From assembly GCA_017960565.1 (NCBI GenBank), contig JAGCYY010000009.1, forward strand, positions 6,874 to 70,873: a stretch of 64,000 nucleotides of DNA, read 5' to 3'. The notes under the pieces were generated by a model that was given only the letters and a program-made list of their open reading frames with translations, made no database searches and was not told the DNA's origin. Every line of letters starts with the position of its first letter. The first letter of the stretch is position 1. The DNA is from a bacterium (GTDB lineage: Bacteria > Bacillota_I > Bacilli_A > Izemoplasmatales > UBA1188). This document shows positions 9,019-19,800 of the stretch, one piece after another. Made by a program: the position numbers and the translations under genes.

Positions 9019-10911
9019 ATGAGAGGTAATGCAAAACTTTCAGGAACTAAAACTCCTCAAAAAATCAATTTTAAATCATTAATTGATACTATAAAACTCA
9101 TGTGGAAAGGCAATGAAATAAGAACTATTTTAGTTCTTACCTTCACCTTATTATCAGCTTTAGCTGGTGCTATAGCGATGAGTTTTACTCAAAGGTTATA
9201 TGATGAAGTAGTACCACTTTTTGAATCGCATGATGAAAATGCAATGAGCGCTCTAATAAGTCTTGTGACAGTTTGGGGTTCATTCTTAGCAGTAGAACTT
9301 ATATTAATTGTCATAAGAGGCCAAATAATTGTTAAGCTTGGCCAAAATACTTTAAGAAAAGTTAGAAATGCGATGTTTAACAATATGGAATATTTGCCAA
9401 TTAGATTCTTCGATCAAAATAAATATGGTGATATTATGAGTAGATACACAAACGATGTTGATACTCTAGATAACTTTATAACCCAAACAATTCCAAATTT
9501 AATTAGTGTTGTGACATCGGTATTTGCTCTATTCATAATGATGCTCATAAATAATTGGCTACTCACAATTATCACTATTGTTATTCTTGGATTAATAATG
9601 CTCTTATCTACTCAATTATTAAAAAGAAGTACAAAACACTTTATTTTAAGACAAAAACTACTTGGTAGATTAAATGGTTATGTTGAAGAAATGATGGAAG
9701 GTACAAGAGTTGTACAAGTATTCAACCATCAAGATACAGCAATGAGTGAATTTGAAACTATTATTGAAGAATATAGACAAGAAGAACTCAAAGGCAATAT
9801 GATCGGTAATGTAATTGCACCACTAAATGGCAATTTAATCAGAATTGAATATGTAATTATAACTATAATTGGTGCAGCATTTGTCTTAAATGGCAATTAT
9901 ACAATTGGATTATTGATAACTTTCTTAACATTCTTAAATAATTTTGCAAATCCAATTGCCAGATTTGCTCAACAATTAACTTCTGTAGCTCAAGCTTCTG
10001 CCGGAAGTATGAGAATCATTGATCTTATGACTCAAGAACACGAAGTTGATGACGGATATGTTACATTGGTTAACTATAACAAAGATGCTAATGGTAACAT
10101 AATTGAAACAGATGAGAATAATCATAACTGGGCATGGAAACATCCTCATGAAGATGGAACTTTAACATATACACCACTTTGTGGTGAGATTGTATTAAAA
10201 GATGTAGATTTCTCTTATGTTAAAGAGAAACAAATCTTATATGATATCAATATCTATGCTAAACCTGGCCAAAAAATCGCTCTTGTTGGTGAAACTGGTG
10301 CAGGAAAGACCACAATCACAAATCTCATCAATAGATTCTATGATATCGAAGATGGCAAAATACGTTATGATGGTATTAATATCAATAAAATTAAGAAAAG
10401 TGATCTTAGAAAATCATTAGGTTTAGTTCTTCAAGAAACAAATCTCTTTACTGGAACCATAAAAGATAATATAAAACTTGGAAAAGAAGATGCAACCGAT
10501 GAAGAAGTAATAGAAGCTGCCAAGGTTGCTAATGCTGATAGTTTCATAAGAATGATGCCTAATGGCTATGATACAATACTTGTTAGAGCTGGTGAAAATT
10601 TATCACAAGGCCAAAGACAACTCATCGCAATCGCAAGAGCGGCAATTGCTGATTTTCCAGTATTGATACTAGATGAAGCAACTTCATCAATCGACACTCG
10701 TACTGAACAAATCGTTCAAAAAGGAATGGATAAACTAATGGAAAATAGAACCGTGTTTGTAATAGCTCACAGACTCTCAACAATCCAGAGCGCAAATGCA
10801 ATTATGGTAATGAGACATGGTAGAATTATAGAACGTGGTGAACACAAATCTTTGATTGAATTAAAAGGAATGTATTATCAATTATATACAGGTAAATTTG
10901 AGCTTGAATAA
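9019..10911 (+). CDS. ABC exporter, fused permease/ATPase half-transporter (heterodimer partner)
   Basis: TM domain plus Walker A GETGAGKTT, signature LSQGQRQ, Walker B LILDEATS. Starts 1 nt after the previous stop. Confidence 0.9.
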   Translation: MRGNAKLSGTKTPQKINFKSLIDTIKLMWKGNEIRTILVLTFTLLSALAGAIAMSFTQRLYDEVVPLFESHDENAMSALISLVTVWGSFLAVELILIVIRGQIIVKLGQNTLRKVRNAMFNNMEYLPIRFFDQNKYGDIMSRYTNDVDTLDNFITQTIPNLISVVTSVFALFIMMLINNWLLTIITIVILGLIMLLSTQLLKRSTKHFILRQKLLGRLNGYVEEMMEGTRVVQVFNHQDTAMSEFETIIEEYRQEELKGNMIGNVIAPLNGNLIRIEYVIITIIGAAFVLNGNYTIGLLITFLTFLNNFANPIARFAQQLTSVAQASAGSMRIIDLMTQEHEVDDGYVTLVNYNKDANGNIIETDENNHNWAWKHPHEDGTLTYTPLCGEIVLKDVDFSYVKEKQILYDINIYAKPGQKIALVGETGAGKTTITNLINRFYDIEDGKIRYDGININKIKKSDLRKSLGLVLQETNLFTGTIKDNIKLGKEDATDEEVIEAAKVANADSFIRMMPNGYDTILVRAGENLSQGQRQLIAIARAAIADFPVLILDEATSSIDTRTEQIVQKGMDKLMENRTVFVIAHRLSTIQSANAIMVMRHGRIIERGEHKSLIELKGMYYQLYTGKFELE

Positions 10912-11059
10912 TATTCATATTATTAATTACGATTTTATCCAAGAATTTATATTGATTAAGGGGTAAAATGTAAATATAATATTAATAATTTAATATAAAT
11001 ATTTCCTGAATTAAATATATTTTGTTAAGCATAACTAATAATTTTTGAGGAGTATGTAT

Positions 11060-11644
11060 ATGGAAATTAAAAATGCGATATTTTATAAAACAATTATGAA
11101 ATTAGAAGAAATGCCTAAAGAAGGTTTATTTGAGATTGCCCTTACAGGTAGATCTAATGTTGGTAAAAGCTCATTTATCAATTCTATATGCAATAATAAT
11201 AAACTCGCTCGTACTTCAAAAACGCCAGGCAAGACAATAACTCTTAACTTTTATCTGATTAACAATAGTTTCTATTTTGTCGATATGCCTGGTTATGGCT
11301 ATGCTTCAAGAGAAAAAGATATTCTCTATAATTTTTCAGAAAGTACTAACCTATACGTAGAAAAAAGAAAAGAATTAAAAGGTTTTATCTCTATTATTGA
11401 TTCTAGAACTCTTACTAATGATGATAAAGAGATGATTGAATATTTAAAACATCGTTCGATACCATTCATCATAATTCTTTCTAAAATTGATAAACTTAAA
11501 AGAAATGACATTAGAAAACGTGTTGATATAATAAGTAAAGAATTATCTGTAAATAAAGAATTAATTATCCCTTATAGTTCATATACCAAAGAAAATATCG
11601 ATAAAGTTTTAAATTCTTTAGAAACTAATCTTTTATTTTCTTGA
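11060..11644 (+). CDS. engB: ribosome-biogenesis GTPase EngB/YsxC
   Basis: GRSNVGKSSFIN (G1), DMPGYGY (G3), SKIDK (G4). I prefer the ATG at 11060 (GAGGAG RBS 7 nt upstream) over the track start at 11045. Confidence 0.85.
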   Translation: MEIKNAIFYKTIMKLEEMPKEGLFEIALTGRSNVGKSSFINSICNNNKLARTSKTPGKTITLNFYLINNSFYFVDMPGYGYASREKDILYNFSESTNLYVEKRKELKGFISIIDSRTLTNDDKEMIEYLKHRSIPFIIILSKIDKLKRNDIRKRVDIISKELSVNKELIIPYSSYTKENIDKVLNSLETNLLFS

Positions 11645-11668
11645 CAAATAATCTATTCAATATATAAT
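11641..11668 (+). promoter_or_regulatory. sigma-A-type promoter for the valS leader
   Basis: TTGACA, 16-nt spacer, TATAAT. Overlaps the engB stop codon. Confidence 0.45.
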
Positions 11669-11675
11669 ATAGATA

Positions 11676-11922
11676 TATTCTGTGAACCAAAGGAGTAAAT
11701 AGATTAATCTATTTATAGAGAATGTAGGATGGTGGAATCTACAAAAATAGATCCTATTGAAGTAGTTGGGGAGAATGTCTAATGAAATAATAGTAGTTAG
11801 ACACGTTTAAATACGTTAGTTTTATTAAAGTTGCATAAATACTTAGTATTTATGAATTAAGGTGGTACCGCGGAATTTTTCGTCCTTAAAAACATAATTG
11901 TTTTTGAGGACTTTTTATTTAA
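11676..11922 (+). promoter_or_regulatory. T-box leader (tRNA-Val specific) with terminator/antiterminator
   Basis: AGAGA bulge (~11716), distal-loop GGTGGAA, and a candidate specifier GAA-GUA-G at 11762-11764 (GUU follows; both are Val codons). T-box sequence AAGGTGGTACCGCG at 11859-11872. 12-bp terminator stem at 11883-11910 plus a U-run. Located directly upstream of valS. Confidence 0.8.
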
Positions 11923-11946
11923 TATAATCAAAAAAAGGAGTTTTAT

Positions 11947-14532
11947 ATGATAGATTTAAAACCAAAATACGACCATTTAGAAGTAGAAAAAGGAAAATAT
12001 CAAGAATGGCTAAAAAAAGATCTCTTTAAATCTGGAGATAAATCAAGAGATCCATTCACAATTGTAATTCCCCCACCAAATGTCACTGGTATTCTTCATA
12101 TAGGTCATGCCTATGATTTTAGTTTGCAAGATATAATCATAAGAAGAAAAAGAATGCAAGGATATGATTGCATGTATCTTCCAGGAATGGATCATGCAGG
12201 AATCGCAACCCAAGCTAAAGTTGATAAAAAACTAAAAGATCAAGGTATATCAAGATATGATATTGGCCGTGAAAAATTCTTAGAAGTTGCCTGGGAATGG
12301 AAATATGAATACGCTAAAGTGATAAGAGATCAATGGGCCTCACTTGGTTTATCACTTGATTATAAACATGAAAGATTCACATTAGATGAAAAATTAAATA
12401 AAACGGTTATATATGTTTTTAAAACTCTTTATGACAAAGGTTTGATATATCATGGAAAAAGAATTATCAGTTGGGATACAGAAGCTGAAACAGCTCTTTC
12501 TAATATTGAAATTATTCATGAAGACACTAAAGCATATCTTTATTATATAAAATATCCTTATATAGATAGGAAAGGATCAATCACAGTTGCGACAACTCGT
12601 CCAGAAACTATGTTTGCGGATACTGCAGTAATGGTTAATCCTAAAGATAAAAGATATAAGAATGCTATCGGTAAACACGTAAGAATCCCTGCTACAGACA
12701 CAATTATTCCTGTAATTGAAGATAGTTATGTAGATATGAAATTTGGTACAGGTGCTGTAAAAGTTACTCCTGCACATGATCCTAATGACTATGAAGTAGG
12801 TAAAAGACATAAATTAAAAATGCCAATTGCCATAGATAAAAAGGGTCAAGTTACTGAACTTGGTGGAAAATATAAAGGTTTAGATAGATTTATAGCTCGC
12901 GAACAACTCGTAAAAGATCTTGATGAAAATGGCTATTTATTAAAGAAAGAAGAAATAGTTCACGCTGTTGGTTATTCAGAACGCACAGGTTCGATGGTTG
13001 AACCAATGCTTTCTGAACAATGGTTTGTAAAAATGAAACCACTTGCGAAACAAGCATTAAAGAAATCTAAAGTTAATTTCTATCCAGAAAGATTTAGAAA
13101 GACATGGGAAGCTTGGATGGAAAATTGTGAAGATTGGTGCATATCTCGTCAGCTTTGGTGGGGACATAGAATTCCTGTATATTATAGAGGATCCGAAATC
13201 TATGTTGGTGAAAAGCCAGAAGGTCAAGGTTGGATTCAAGATGAAGATGTTCTTGATACTTGGTTTTCAAGTGCATTATGGCCTTTTTCTACACTTGATT
13301 ATCTTGATAATTCTGAATTATATCAAAGAAGATTCCCAACTGATACACTTGTGACTGGATATGATATTATTTTCTTCTGGGTATCTAGAATGATCTTTGA
13401 CTCTTTAGAATTTACAGGTCAAGATCCATTTAAAGATGTTGTTATTCATGGACTTGTGAGAGATGCAAAAGGGAGAAAGATGAGCAAATCGCTCGGAAAT
13501 GGTGTTGATCCTATAAAAGAAATTGAAAAATATGGATGTGATACTGTTAGATACTTCTTAACGACATCTGTAACTATGGGCTTAGATTTAAAATATGAAG
13601 AAGAAAAAGTTAAATCTTGTTGGAATTATCTAAATAAAATTTGGAATATTTCTAGATATTGTTTAAATACAATTGGTGATATAGACCCATATGATATTAA
13701 TTTAAAACCAACTGACTTAAACACTCTCGATAAATGGGTTTTAACTAAACTCAATGAAGTTATTGAAAAAGTTAATTATTTTATGGATAGATATGAATTT
13801 GGTGAAGCAAGTAGATATATCTACAATTTTGTTTATGATGATTTTGCATCTATCTATCTTGAACTTTCAAAAATCAATCCTTCGAGACTTGAAACTAAAA
13901 AAGTATTACTCAAAGTATTAGTTACAATTCTAAAACTCTTACATCCATTTACTCCATTTATCACTGAAGATATATATCTTAAGATATATCCAAAAGAATT
14001 AAGTATCTCAATTCAATCTTATCCGATAGTTGATGAGCATATCTATAATGATGATAAAAAATCAATGGATCTAGTAATTGATCTTATTAAACGTGTAAGA
14101 GTAATTAGAAATGAAAATGGTGTATCTCTTTCAAAACCAATTGAACTCTTAATTCAAGCACTAAATGACAAAACATATGATTTTATTATGGAATCTAAAG
14201 AATATCTAATTAAATTCTTAAATCCATCACCTCTTTCAATCACTAAATGTAAAATAAATATTACTGATGCAGTATCGATTATTTCTGATTCATATAAAGC
14301 ATATATTCCAATGTCACATCTAGTTGATACAATTGAACTTAAGAATGATTTATTAAAGAAACTCGAAGATATCGATAAAGAACTTGAAAGATCTAATAAT
14401 ATTCTTTCTAATGAAAATTTCTTAAATAAAGCACCAGAAGTTAAAATCAAACTAGAAAAAGATAAATTATTAAAATATCAAGAAACTAAAAAACATCTTA
14501 TAGATGAACTTAAAAAAATAGAAAATGTTTAA
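11947..14532 (+). CDS. valS: valyl-tRNA synthetase
   Basis: 861 aa. HIGH motif (PPPNVTGILHIGHA), KMSKS motif, C-terminal coiled coil. Confidence 0.95.
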   Translation: MIDLKPKYDHLEVEKGKYQEWLKKDLFKSGDKSRDPFTIVIPPPNVTGILHIGHAYDFSLQDIIIRRKRMQGYDCMYLPGMDHAGIATQAKVDKKLKDQGISRYDIGREKFLEVAWEWKYEYAKVIRDQWASLGLSLDYKHERFTLDEKLNKTVIYVFKTLYDKGLIYHGKRIISWDTEAETALSNIEIIHEDTKAYLYYIKYPYIDRKGSITVATTRPETMFADTAVMVNPKDKRYKNAIGKHVRIPATDTIIPVIEDSYVDMKFGTGAVKVTPAHDPNDYEVGKRHKLKMPIAIDKKGQVTELGGKYKGLDRFIAREQLVKDLDENGYLLKKEEIVHAVGYSERTGSMVEPMLSEQWFVKMKPLAKQALKKSKVNFYPERFRKTWEAWMENCEDWCISRQLWWGHRIPVYYRGSEIYVGEKPEGQGWIQDEDVLDTWFSSALWPFSTLDYLDNSELYQRRFPTDTLVTGYDIIFFWVSRMIFDSLEFTGQDPFKDVVIHGLVRDAKGRKMSKSLGNGVDPIKEIEKYGCDTVRYFLTTSVTMGLDLKYEEEKVKSCWNYLNKIWNISRYCLNTIGDIDPYDINLKPTDLNTLDKWVLTKLNEVIEKVNYFMDRYEFGEASRYIYNFVYDDFASIYLELSKINPSRLETKKVLLKVLVTILKLLHPFTPFITEDIYLKIYPKELSISIQSYPIVDEHIYNDDKKSMDLVIDLIKRVRVIRNENGVSLSKPIELLIQALNDKTYDFIMESKEYLIKFLNPSPLSITKCKINITDAVSIISDSYKAYIPMSHLVDTIELKNDLLKKLEDIDKELERSNNILSNENFLNKAPEVKIKLEKDKLLKYQETKKHLIDELKKIENV

Positions 14533-15787
14533 TTCATTAGATGAGGCAATTTTATGGGTCACAAGTCAAAAGAAATTCTCTAAAAGATTTGACTTAGAAG
14601 ATATGGCTGATGCACTTCTTTATTTCAATAACCCTCATAAAAACTTTAAAGTTATTCATGTTGGTGGTACAAATGGTAAAGGTTCAACATCAGTCGCCCT
14701 TAAAAACATATTAAAATTTCATGGACTAAAAGTGGGACTTTATGTCTCACCTTTTGTCGTGAAATTCAATGAAAGAATATCTATAAATGATGAATATATT
14801 CCTGATGATAAATTGTTAGAATTATTGAATATGATGTATGATTTTAATATTTTCTTTAGTAAAACTCATAAGCCTCTTTCTTTTTTTGAAATTATTACTA
14901 TCATATCTTTTATCTATTTTAATGAAGAAAATGTTGATATTGCCGTGATTGAAGTTGGTCTTGGTGGAAGATTAGATGCAACTAATGTTGTGACTCCTCT
15001 TCTATCTATAGTCACAAATATTCAAAAAGATCATATGAAAGAATTAGGTAATACCTATAAAAAGATCTTAAAAGAAAAACTAGGTATTATGAAATATAGA
15101 ATACCTTTCATAACCGCAATCGATAGAGAAGAATTGATGCCTATAATCAAAGAATTTTCTTTTGCTTATGAATCACCTCTTTATTTAGTAAGAAATCTTA
15201 AAAATGTTAGAATTAAAAATAATTCGACACTCTTTACCTATAAAGGCATAAAATATGAAACTAGCCTTATAGGTTTTCATCAAGCTAAAAATATGTCTTT
15301 AGTCATAGAAACAATACATATTTTAAATGAAACATATAATTTTAATATACTAGATGAAACTATAAGAAAAGGTTTATTAAACATTCATTGGCCTGGTAGA
15401 TTTGAGATAATTAAAGAAGATATCATCCTAGATGGTGCACATAATAGAGAAGGACTTGAAGCACTAAAGAAAACAATAAATGCTTATACTGCAAAAGATG
15501 TTGTTGTAGTTTTTACTGCAATGCATGATAAAGAAACAGATAAAATGATTGAAATTCTAGATTCATTCGCGAAAAAAATTATTTTCACTGAAATTGAATA
15601 TAGTAGATGTGAAAATGCAAATTATCTCATGAATTTATCACAAATTAGTGATAAGATATCTATTATAAATCCGATAAATGCTTTAGAAAAAGCATTTTCA
15701 TATATAGATAATAAAACCTGTGTTCTTATCTGTGGATCTTTATATTTCATATCATATGCAAGGAAATATTTATTAAAGGGGGAATAA
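14525..15787 (+). CDS. folC: folylpolyglutamate synthase / dihydrofolate synthase
   Basis: Mur-ligase P-loop HVGGTNGKGST; DGAHN motif. Conserved valS-folC adjacency, with an 8-nt overlap. Confidence 0.85.
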   Translation: MFNSLDEAILWVTSQKKFSKRFDLEDMADALLYFNNPHKNFKVIHVGGTNGKGSTSVALKNILKFHGLKVGLYVSPFVVKFNERISINDEYIPDDKLLELLNMMYDFNIFFSKTHKPLSFFEIITIISFIYFNEENVDIAVIEVGLGGRLDATNVVTPLLSIVTNIQKDHMKELGNTYKKILKEKLGIMKYRIPFITAIDREELMPIIKEFSFAYESPLYLVRNLKNVRIKNNSTLFTYKGIKYETSLIGFHQAKNMSLVIETIHILNETYNFNILDETIRKGLLNIHWPGRFEIIKEDIILDGAHNREGLEALKKTINAYTAKDVVVVFTAMHDKETDKMIEILDSFAKKIIFTEIEYSRCENANYLMNLSQISDKISIINPINALEKAFSYIDNKTCVLICGSLYFISYARKYLLKGE

Positions 15788-15788
15788 A

Positions 15789-18551
15789 ATGCTAGAACTT
15801 AGAAACATCAAAAAAGTATATCAATTATCAAATAACCCAGTTCACGCTTTAAAAGGCATCTCAATGACTTTAAGAGATTCTGAATTTGTATCAATACTTG
15901 GTCCATCAGGTTGTGGCAAAACTACAACTTTAAATATTATTGGTGGTCTTGATAGATATACAGAAGGCGATCTTTTAATAGATGGAAGAAGCACAAAGGA
16001 TTATAAAGACAAAGATTGGGATATGTATAGAAACCACAAAGTTGGTTTTGTTTTTCAATCATATAATCTTATTCCTCATCAAAATATCTTATCTAATGTA
16101 GAAATAGCACTAACTATCGCGAATATCGACAAGAAAAAAAGAAAAGATCTCGCAATTGAAGCTCTTACAAAAGTTGGTTTAAAAAGCGAAATTCATAAAT
16201 TCCCAAGACAATTATCAGGAGGTCAGATGCAAAGAGTTGCGATCGCTCGTGCTATCGTAAATAAACCTTCAGTATTACTTGCGGATGAGCCAACAGGAGC
16301 TCTTGATTCTAAAACATCTATTCAAGTATTAGATATTTTAAAAGAATTATCTAAAGAATGTCTCGTATGTATGGTTACCCATAATGAAGAACTCGCAAAT
16401 AAATATTCTACAAGAATAATAAAACTTAAAGATGGTGAAATAGTTGATGATTCAAACCCCTTTGTACCAACTGAAGATGAGATTGAAAAAGCTCGACAAA
16501 ACGAAAAAGAAGCTAATCTTAAATATCAAAACAAAAAAGGCAAAATCAAGAAAGTTGGAATGCCATTTACAACCGCTCTAAAACTTTCGCTTTCTAACCT
16601 TAAATCAAAACTAGGAAGAACCATTCTTACATGTTTTGCCGGAAGTATAGGTATCATCGGTATTGCCTTAATCTTATCAGTATCCAATGGATTCAATACC
16701 TATGTAAAAGATGTAGAAAGAAGCACATTATCCCAATATCCAATAACTTTGACAAGAAATAATGTCGATATCACAGCTCTTTTCGCAAGCTATGTAGCAC
16801 AAAACATGGAAGAAGATACATCAGATAATTCTAATTTAGAAAACAATACAGTTGTTCCAAGATATGTATTAGTTGATCTATTAAGAAATCTTGCGAACAA
16901 TTCTAAACAAAACGATTTAAAAGCATTCAAAAACTATATTGAAGAAAAGAAACTTGCTGATGAAAATTATATTCTTCAAATAGATTATAAATACAATGTA
17001 GATATCAATGTTTATGATGCAAATTATATAAATGAAAACGGTGATTTTGAAGCTAGAAAAATAAGACCATTCACTCTTCCAAGACTAGATCCTGATACGG
17101 GTGAACCATTATATATCATGTATCCACAATTCACATCTGATAGAATCGAACAACTGATGTCTAATATGGATACATGGGATAAAGTATTTGATGATAAAAA
17201 TACTCTCAAAGAACAATATGATCTTTTAGCTGGTGAATGGCCATCTAATGATTCTCTAGATTTAATATATGTTGTCGATGAAAACAACAAAATCTCTGAT
17301 TTTTCAGCATATTCAACAGGCCTTGTAAACAACGACAATGGTGATAGATATATATCTGCACTATTTAAATATGTCACTAATCCAGATAATAATCCTGATC
17401 CTAAAACTTTATATTCATATGAATTTTCATATGAAGACCTACTTGGTCTTGAATATTATATAGTGCCAAATTCATCATATTATGAAAAAGATGAAGTTTC
17501 AGATGGTGAAATTCAAACATTTACTAATATCAAAGATAATTCCGAAAAAATGACAGCATTACTAAATGACGAAAATGAAGATATTATCAAAGTAAAAGTT
17601 GCCTGTGTTGTTAGACCTAATCCAAATTCTAAAAGTCATTCAATAAATGGAACAATCGGCTATTCGAATGCCTTAATAAATAAAATTATCGATATAAACA
17701 ATAATTCTGATATCGTAAAAGTACAAGAAGAAAATTACGATTCATATATTTATGATATTCTAGGAATTGACACACAATTCCATATCAAAGGTAAGACTTG
17801 GGAACAGATTAGAAACACACTCACATTCATGAGAAACTCTATGGGTGATAATAAAGATCAATTTCCTCTTTCTCAAGCTGAAATCGATCAATTAACAAGC
17901 GATACTATGACACCTCTTTTGTTAACTAATTACTATGGTCAAGTCGACAAAAACAATCCGTCTACTATCAATATCTATCCATATTCATTTGAAGATAAAG
18001 ATAAGATTGTCGACTTTATTACAGATTACAACAGTAGATTAAAAGAAATCTATCCAGATGATACTAAAGAAGAATTAGATGAAAAAAGAATCACTTATAA
18101 TGATTATCTATCATCAATTATGGGAAGTGTGACCACAATAATAAACGCTATAACTTATGTCTTAATAGCCTTTGTATCAATATCTTTGGTAGTTTCCTCA
18201 ATAATGATCGCAATTATCACATATATTAGCGTTATCGAGAGGACAAAAGAAATCGGTATTCTTCGTGCAATGGGTGCATCCAAGAGCGATGTTAAAAATA
18301 TCTTTAACGCTGAAACATTTATCACTGGCTTAATTTCTGGATTGATTGGTATCGCTATTACAGTTATATTAAATATTCCAATATCAATGCTAGTAAATTA
18401 TCTTGCGGGAATTGAAAATGTTGCGGTTCTTCCAGTTGTAGGTGGAATTGCACTAGTAATAATCAGTTTCCTATTATCGGTAATATCGGGACTAATTCCA
18501 TCTAGTTATGCAGCTAAATGCGATCCAGTTATAGCACTTAGAACTGAATAA
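15789..18551 (+). CDS. fused ABC ATPase / FtsX-MacB-type permease with a very large extracytoplasmic domain
   Basis: N-terminal LolD/MacB-like ATPase: GPSGCGKTT, LSGGQMQR, LLADEPTG. First TM near aa 275. About 500-aa hydrophilic insert. C-terminal FtsX core ERTKEIGILRAMGASKSDV plus 3 TM helices. Confidence 0.85.
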   Translation: MLELRNIKKVYQLSNNPVHALKGISMTLRDSEFVSILGPSGCGKTTTLNIIGGLDRYTEGDLLIDGRSTKDYKDKDWDMYRNHKVGFVFQSYNLIPHQNILSNVEIALTIANIDKKKRKDLAIEALTKVGLKSEIHKFPRQLSGGQMQRVAIARAIVNKPSVLLADEPTGALDSKTSIQVLDILKELSKECLVCMVTHNEELANKYSTRIIKLKDGEIVDDSNPFVPTEDEIEKARQNEKEANLKYQNKKGKIKKVGMPFTTALKLSLSNLKSKLGRTILTCFAGSIGIIGIALILSVSNGFNTYVKDVERSTLSQYPITLTRNNVDITALFASYVAQNMEEDTSDNSNLENNTVVPRYVLVDLLRNLANNSKQNDLKAFKNYIEEKKLADENYILQIDYKYNVDINVYDANYINENGDFEARKIRPFTLPRLDPDTGEPLYIMYPQFTSDRIEQLMSNMDTWDKVFDDKNTLKEQYDLLAGEWPSNDSLDLIYVVDENNKISDFSAYSTGLVNNDNGDRYISALFKYVTNPDNNPDPKTLYSYEFSYEDLLGLEYYIVPNSSYYEKDEVSDGEIQTFTNIKDNSEKMTALLNDENEDIIKVKVACVVRPNPNSKSHSINGTIGYSNALINKIIDINNNSDIVKVQEENYDSYIYDILGIDTQFHIKGKTWEQIRNTLTFMRNSMGDNKDQFPLSQAEIDQLTSDTMTPLLLTNYYGQVDKNNPSTINIYPYSFEDKDKIVDFITDYNSRLKEIYPDDTKEELDEKRITYNDYLSSIMGSVTTIINAITYVLIAFVSISLVVSSIMIAIITYISVIERTKEIGILRAMGASKSDVKNIFNAETFITGLISGLIGIAITVILNIPISMLVNYLAGIENVAVLPVVGGIALVIISFLLSVISGLIPSSYAAKCDPVIALRTE

Positions 18552-18559
18552 TTTAAAAG

Positions 18560-18599
18560 AGCTGTTAAGAAACTTTGATAGTTTCTATCAGCTTTTTTT
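18560..18599 (+). terminator. intrinsic terminator
   Basis: AGCTG..GAAACT / AGTTTC..CAGCT interrupted stem followed by T7. Confidence 0.6.
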
Positions 18600-18644
18600 A
18601 TTCATTCTAGGTTATGAAAAGTATATATTTATCGAGGTGATAAA

Positions 18645-19313
18645 TTGAAACTTGAATATGGACCACGAGAAAAACTAGAGAAGAATGGAATACATGCATT
18701 AGAAGATAAAGAATTGCTCGCAATCTTAATTAAAACTGGTTCTAAAAATGAAAAAGTATTAGAACTTTCAGAAAGAATATTAAGAGAAATAAGTTCTTTA
18801 AAATCTCTTACAGATTATTCATATGAAGAACTGATGACTTTCACAGGAATCGGTAAAGCTAAAGCTATGACAATTGTATCAGCTCTTGAACTCGGCACTC
18901 GCATAAGAAAACAATATATTGAATGTAGATCACTTAAAACAATAAATGATGAAATAAATTATTTAAAAGATGATTTTATTAATGAAAATACTGAAAAAAT
19001 AATTATCATCTATTTAAATGCATCTCTTAAAATCATATCTAAACAGACAATCAACTCAACATCAATTAACTCTGTTTATTTTGATATTAAAGATATCTTA
19101 AAAAGAGCGATAAAACTTAATGCAGTCTATATCATAATTAGCCATAATCATCCAAGTGGTGATATAAATCCTTCATTAGAAGATATCAAGACAGTTAAAA
19201 GATTAGAAAATAAACTTAATGAATTTCAGATATCACTATATGATTCATTAATATTTACAGATGAATATTATTATTCTATGAAATATTCTCTAGAACCGCA
19301 TAAATTAAAATAA
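18645..19313 (+). CDS. radC: RadC-family JAB/MPN domain protein
   Basis: HhH region FTGIGKAKA; JAMM motif SHNHPSGD. TTG start preceded by a GAGGTG RBS. Confidence 0.85.
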   Translation: MKLEYGPREKLEKNGIHALEDKELLAILIKTGSKNEKVLELSERILREISSLKSLTDYSYEELMTFTGIGKAKAMTIVSALELGTRIRKQYIECRSLKTINDEINYLKDDFINENTEKIIIIYLNASLKIISKQTINSTSINSVYFDIKDILKRAIKLNAVYIIISHNHPSGDINPSLEDIKTVKRLENKLNEFQISLYDSLIFTDEYYYSMKYSLEPHKLK

Positions 19314-19347
19314 ATTTTAAAAATTCATTTTTCCTGAAAAATATAAC

Positions 19348-19376
19348 TTGAAATTATATCCTATATGATGTAAAAT
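19348..19376 (+). promoter_or_regulatory. sigma-A-type promoter of rplU-rpmA
   Basis: TTGAAA, 17-nt spacer, TAAAAT. Confidence 0.45.
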
Positions 19377-19379
19377 ATA

Positions 19380-19465
19380 ACGCGTGTGAAGTTCGCAACC
19401 GCACTAAAGAGGTCTTAAATCTATTAAAATAGTACCTCAAAGGCGAGTCTATCGAAAAGGTATAT
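19380..19465 (+). ncRNA. structured 5' leader of rplU (possible L21-leader autoregulatory element)
   Basis: GC-richer segment between the promoter and the RBS, with hairpins GTT-cgc-AAC and GAGGT...ACCTC. A ribosomal L21 leader is known at this position in Bacillota, but I did not verify the consensus. Confidence 0.35.
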
Positions 19466-19476
19466 AGGAGGAGAAC

Positions 19477-19782
19477 ATGTACGCAGTAGTTGAAACTGGT
19501 GGAAAACAAGTTAAATGTGAAGTAGGCCAAGAAATCTATGTTGAAAAATTAGATGTTGAAGCAGGTCAAGAATACACATTCGACAAAGTTTTAATGGTTG
19601 CATCTGATGAAGTTAAAATTGGTAATCCTTATCTTGATGGCGCAAAAGTTATTTGTGACGTTGTAAAACAAGGTAGAGGCAAAAAGATTTTAGTAGTAAG
19701 ATATGAACCTAAGAAACAATTCCATAAAACAAGAGGCCACAGACAAGCCTACACAAAATTAGTCGTAAAATCTATTAACTAA
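19477..19782 (+). CDS. rplU: 50S ribosomal protein L21
   Basis: [11 protein letters not shown]... and ...GHRQAYTKL. Strong RBS AGGAGG. Confidence 0.95.
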   Translation: MYAVVETGGKQVKCEVGQEIYVEKLDVEAGQEYTFDKVLMVASDEVKIGNPYLDGAKVICDVVKQGRGKKILVVRYEPKKQFHKTRGHRQAYTKLVVKSIN

Positions 19783-19800
19783 TCAAAGGAGGATAAACAA

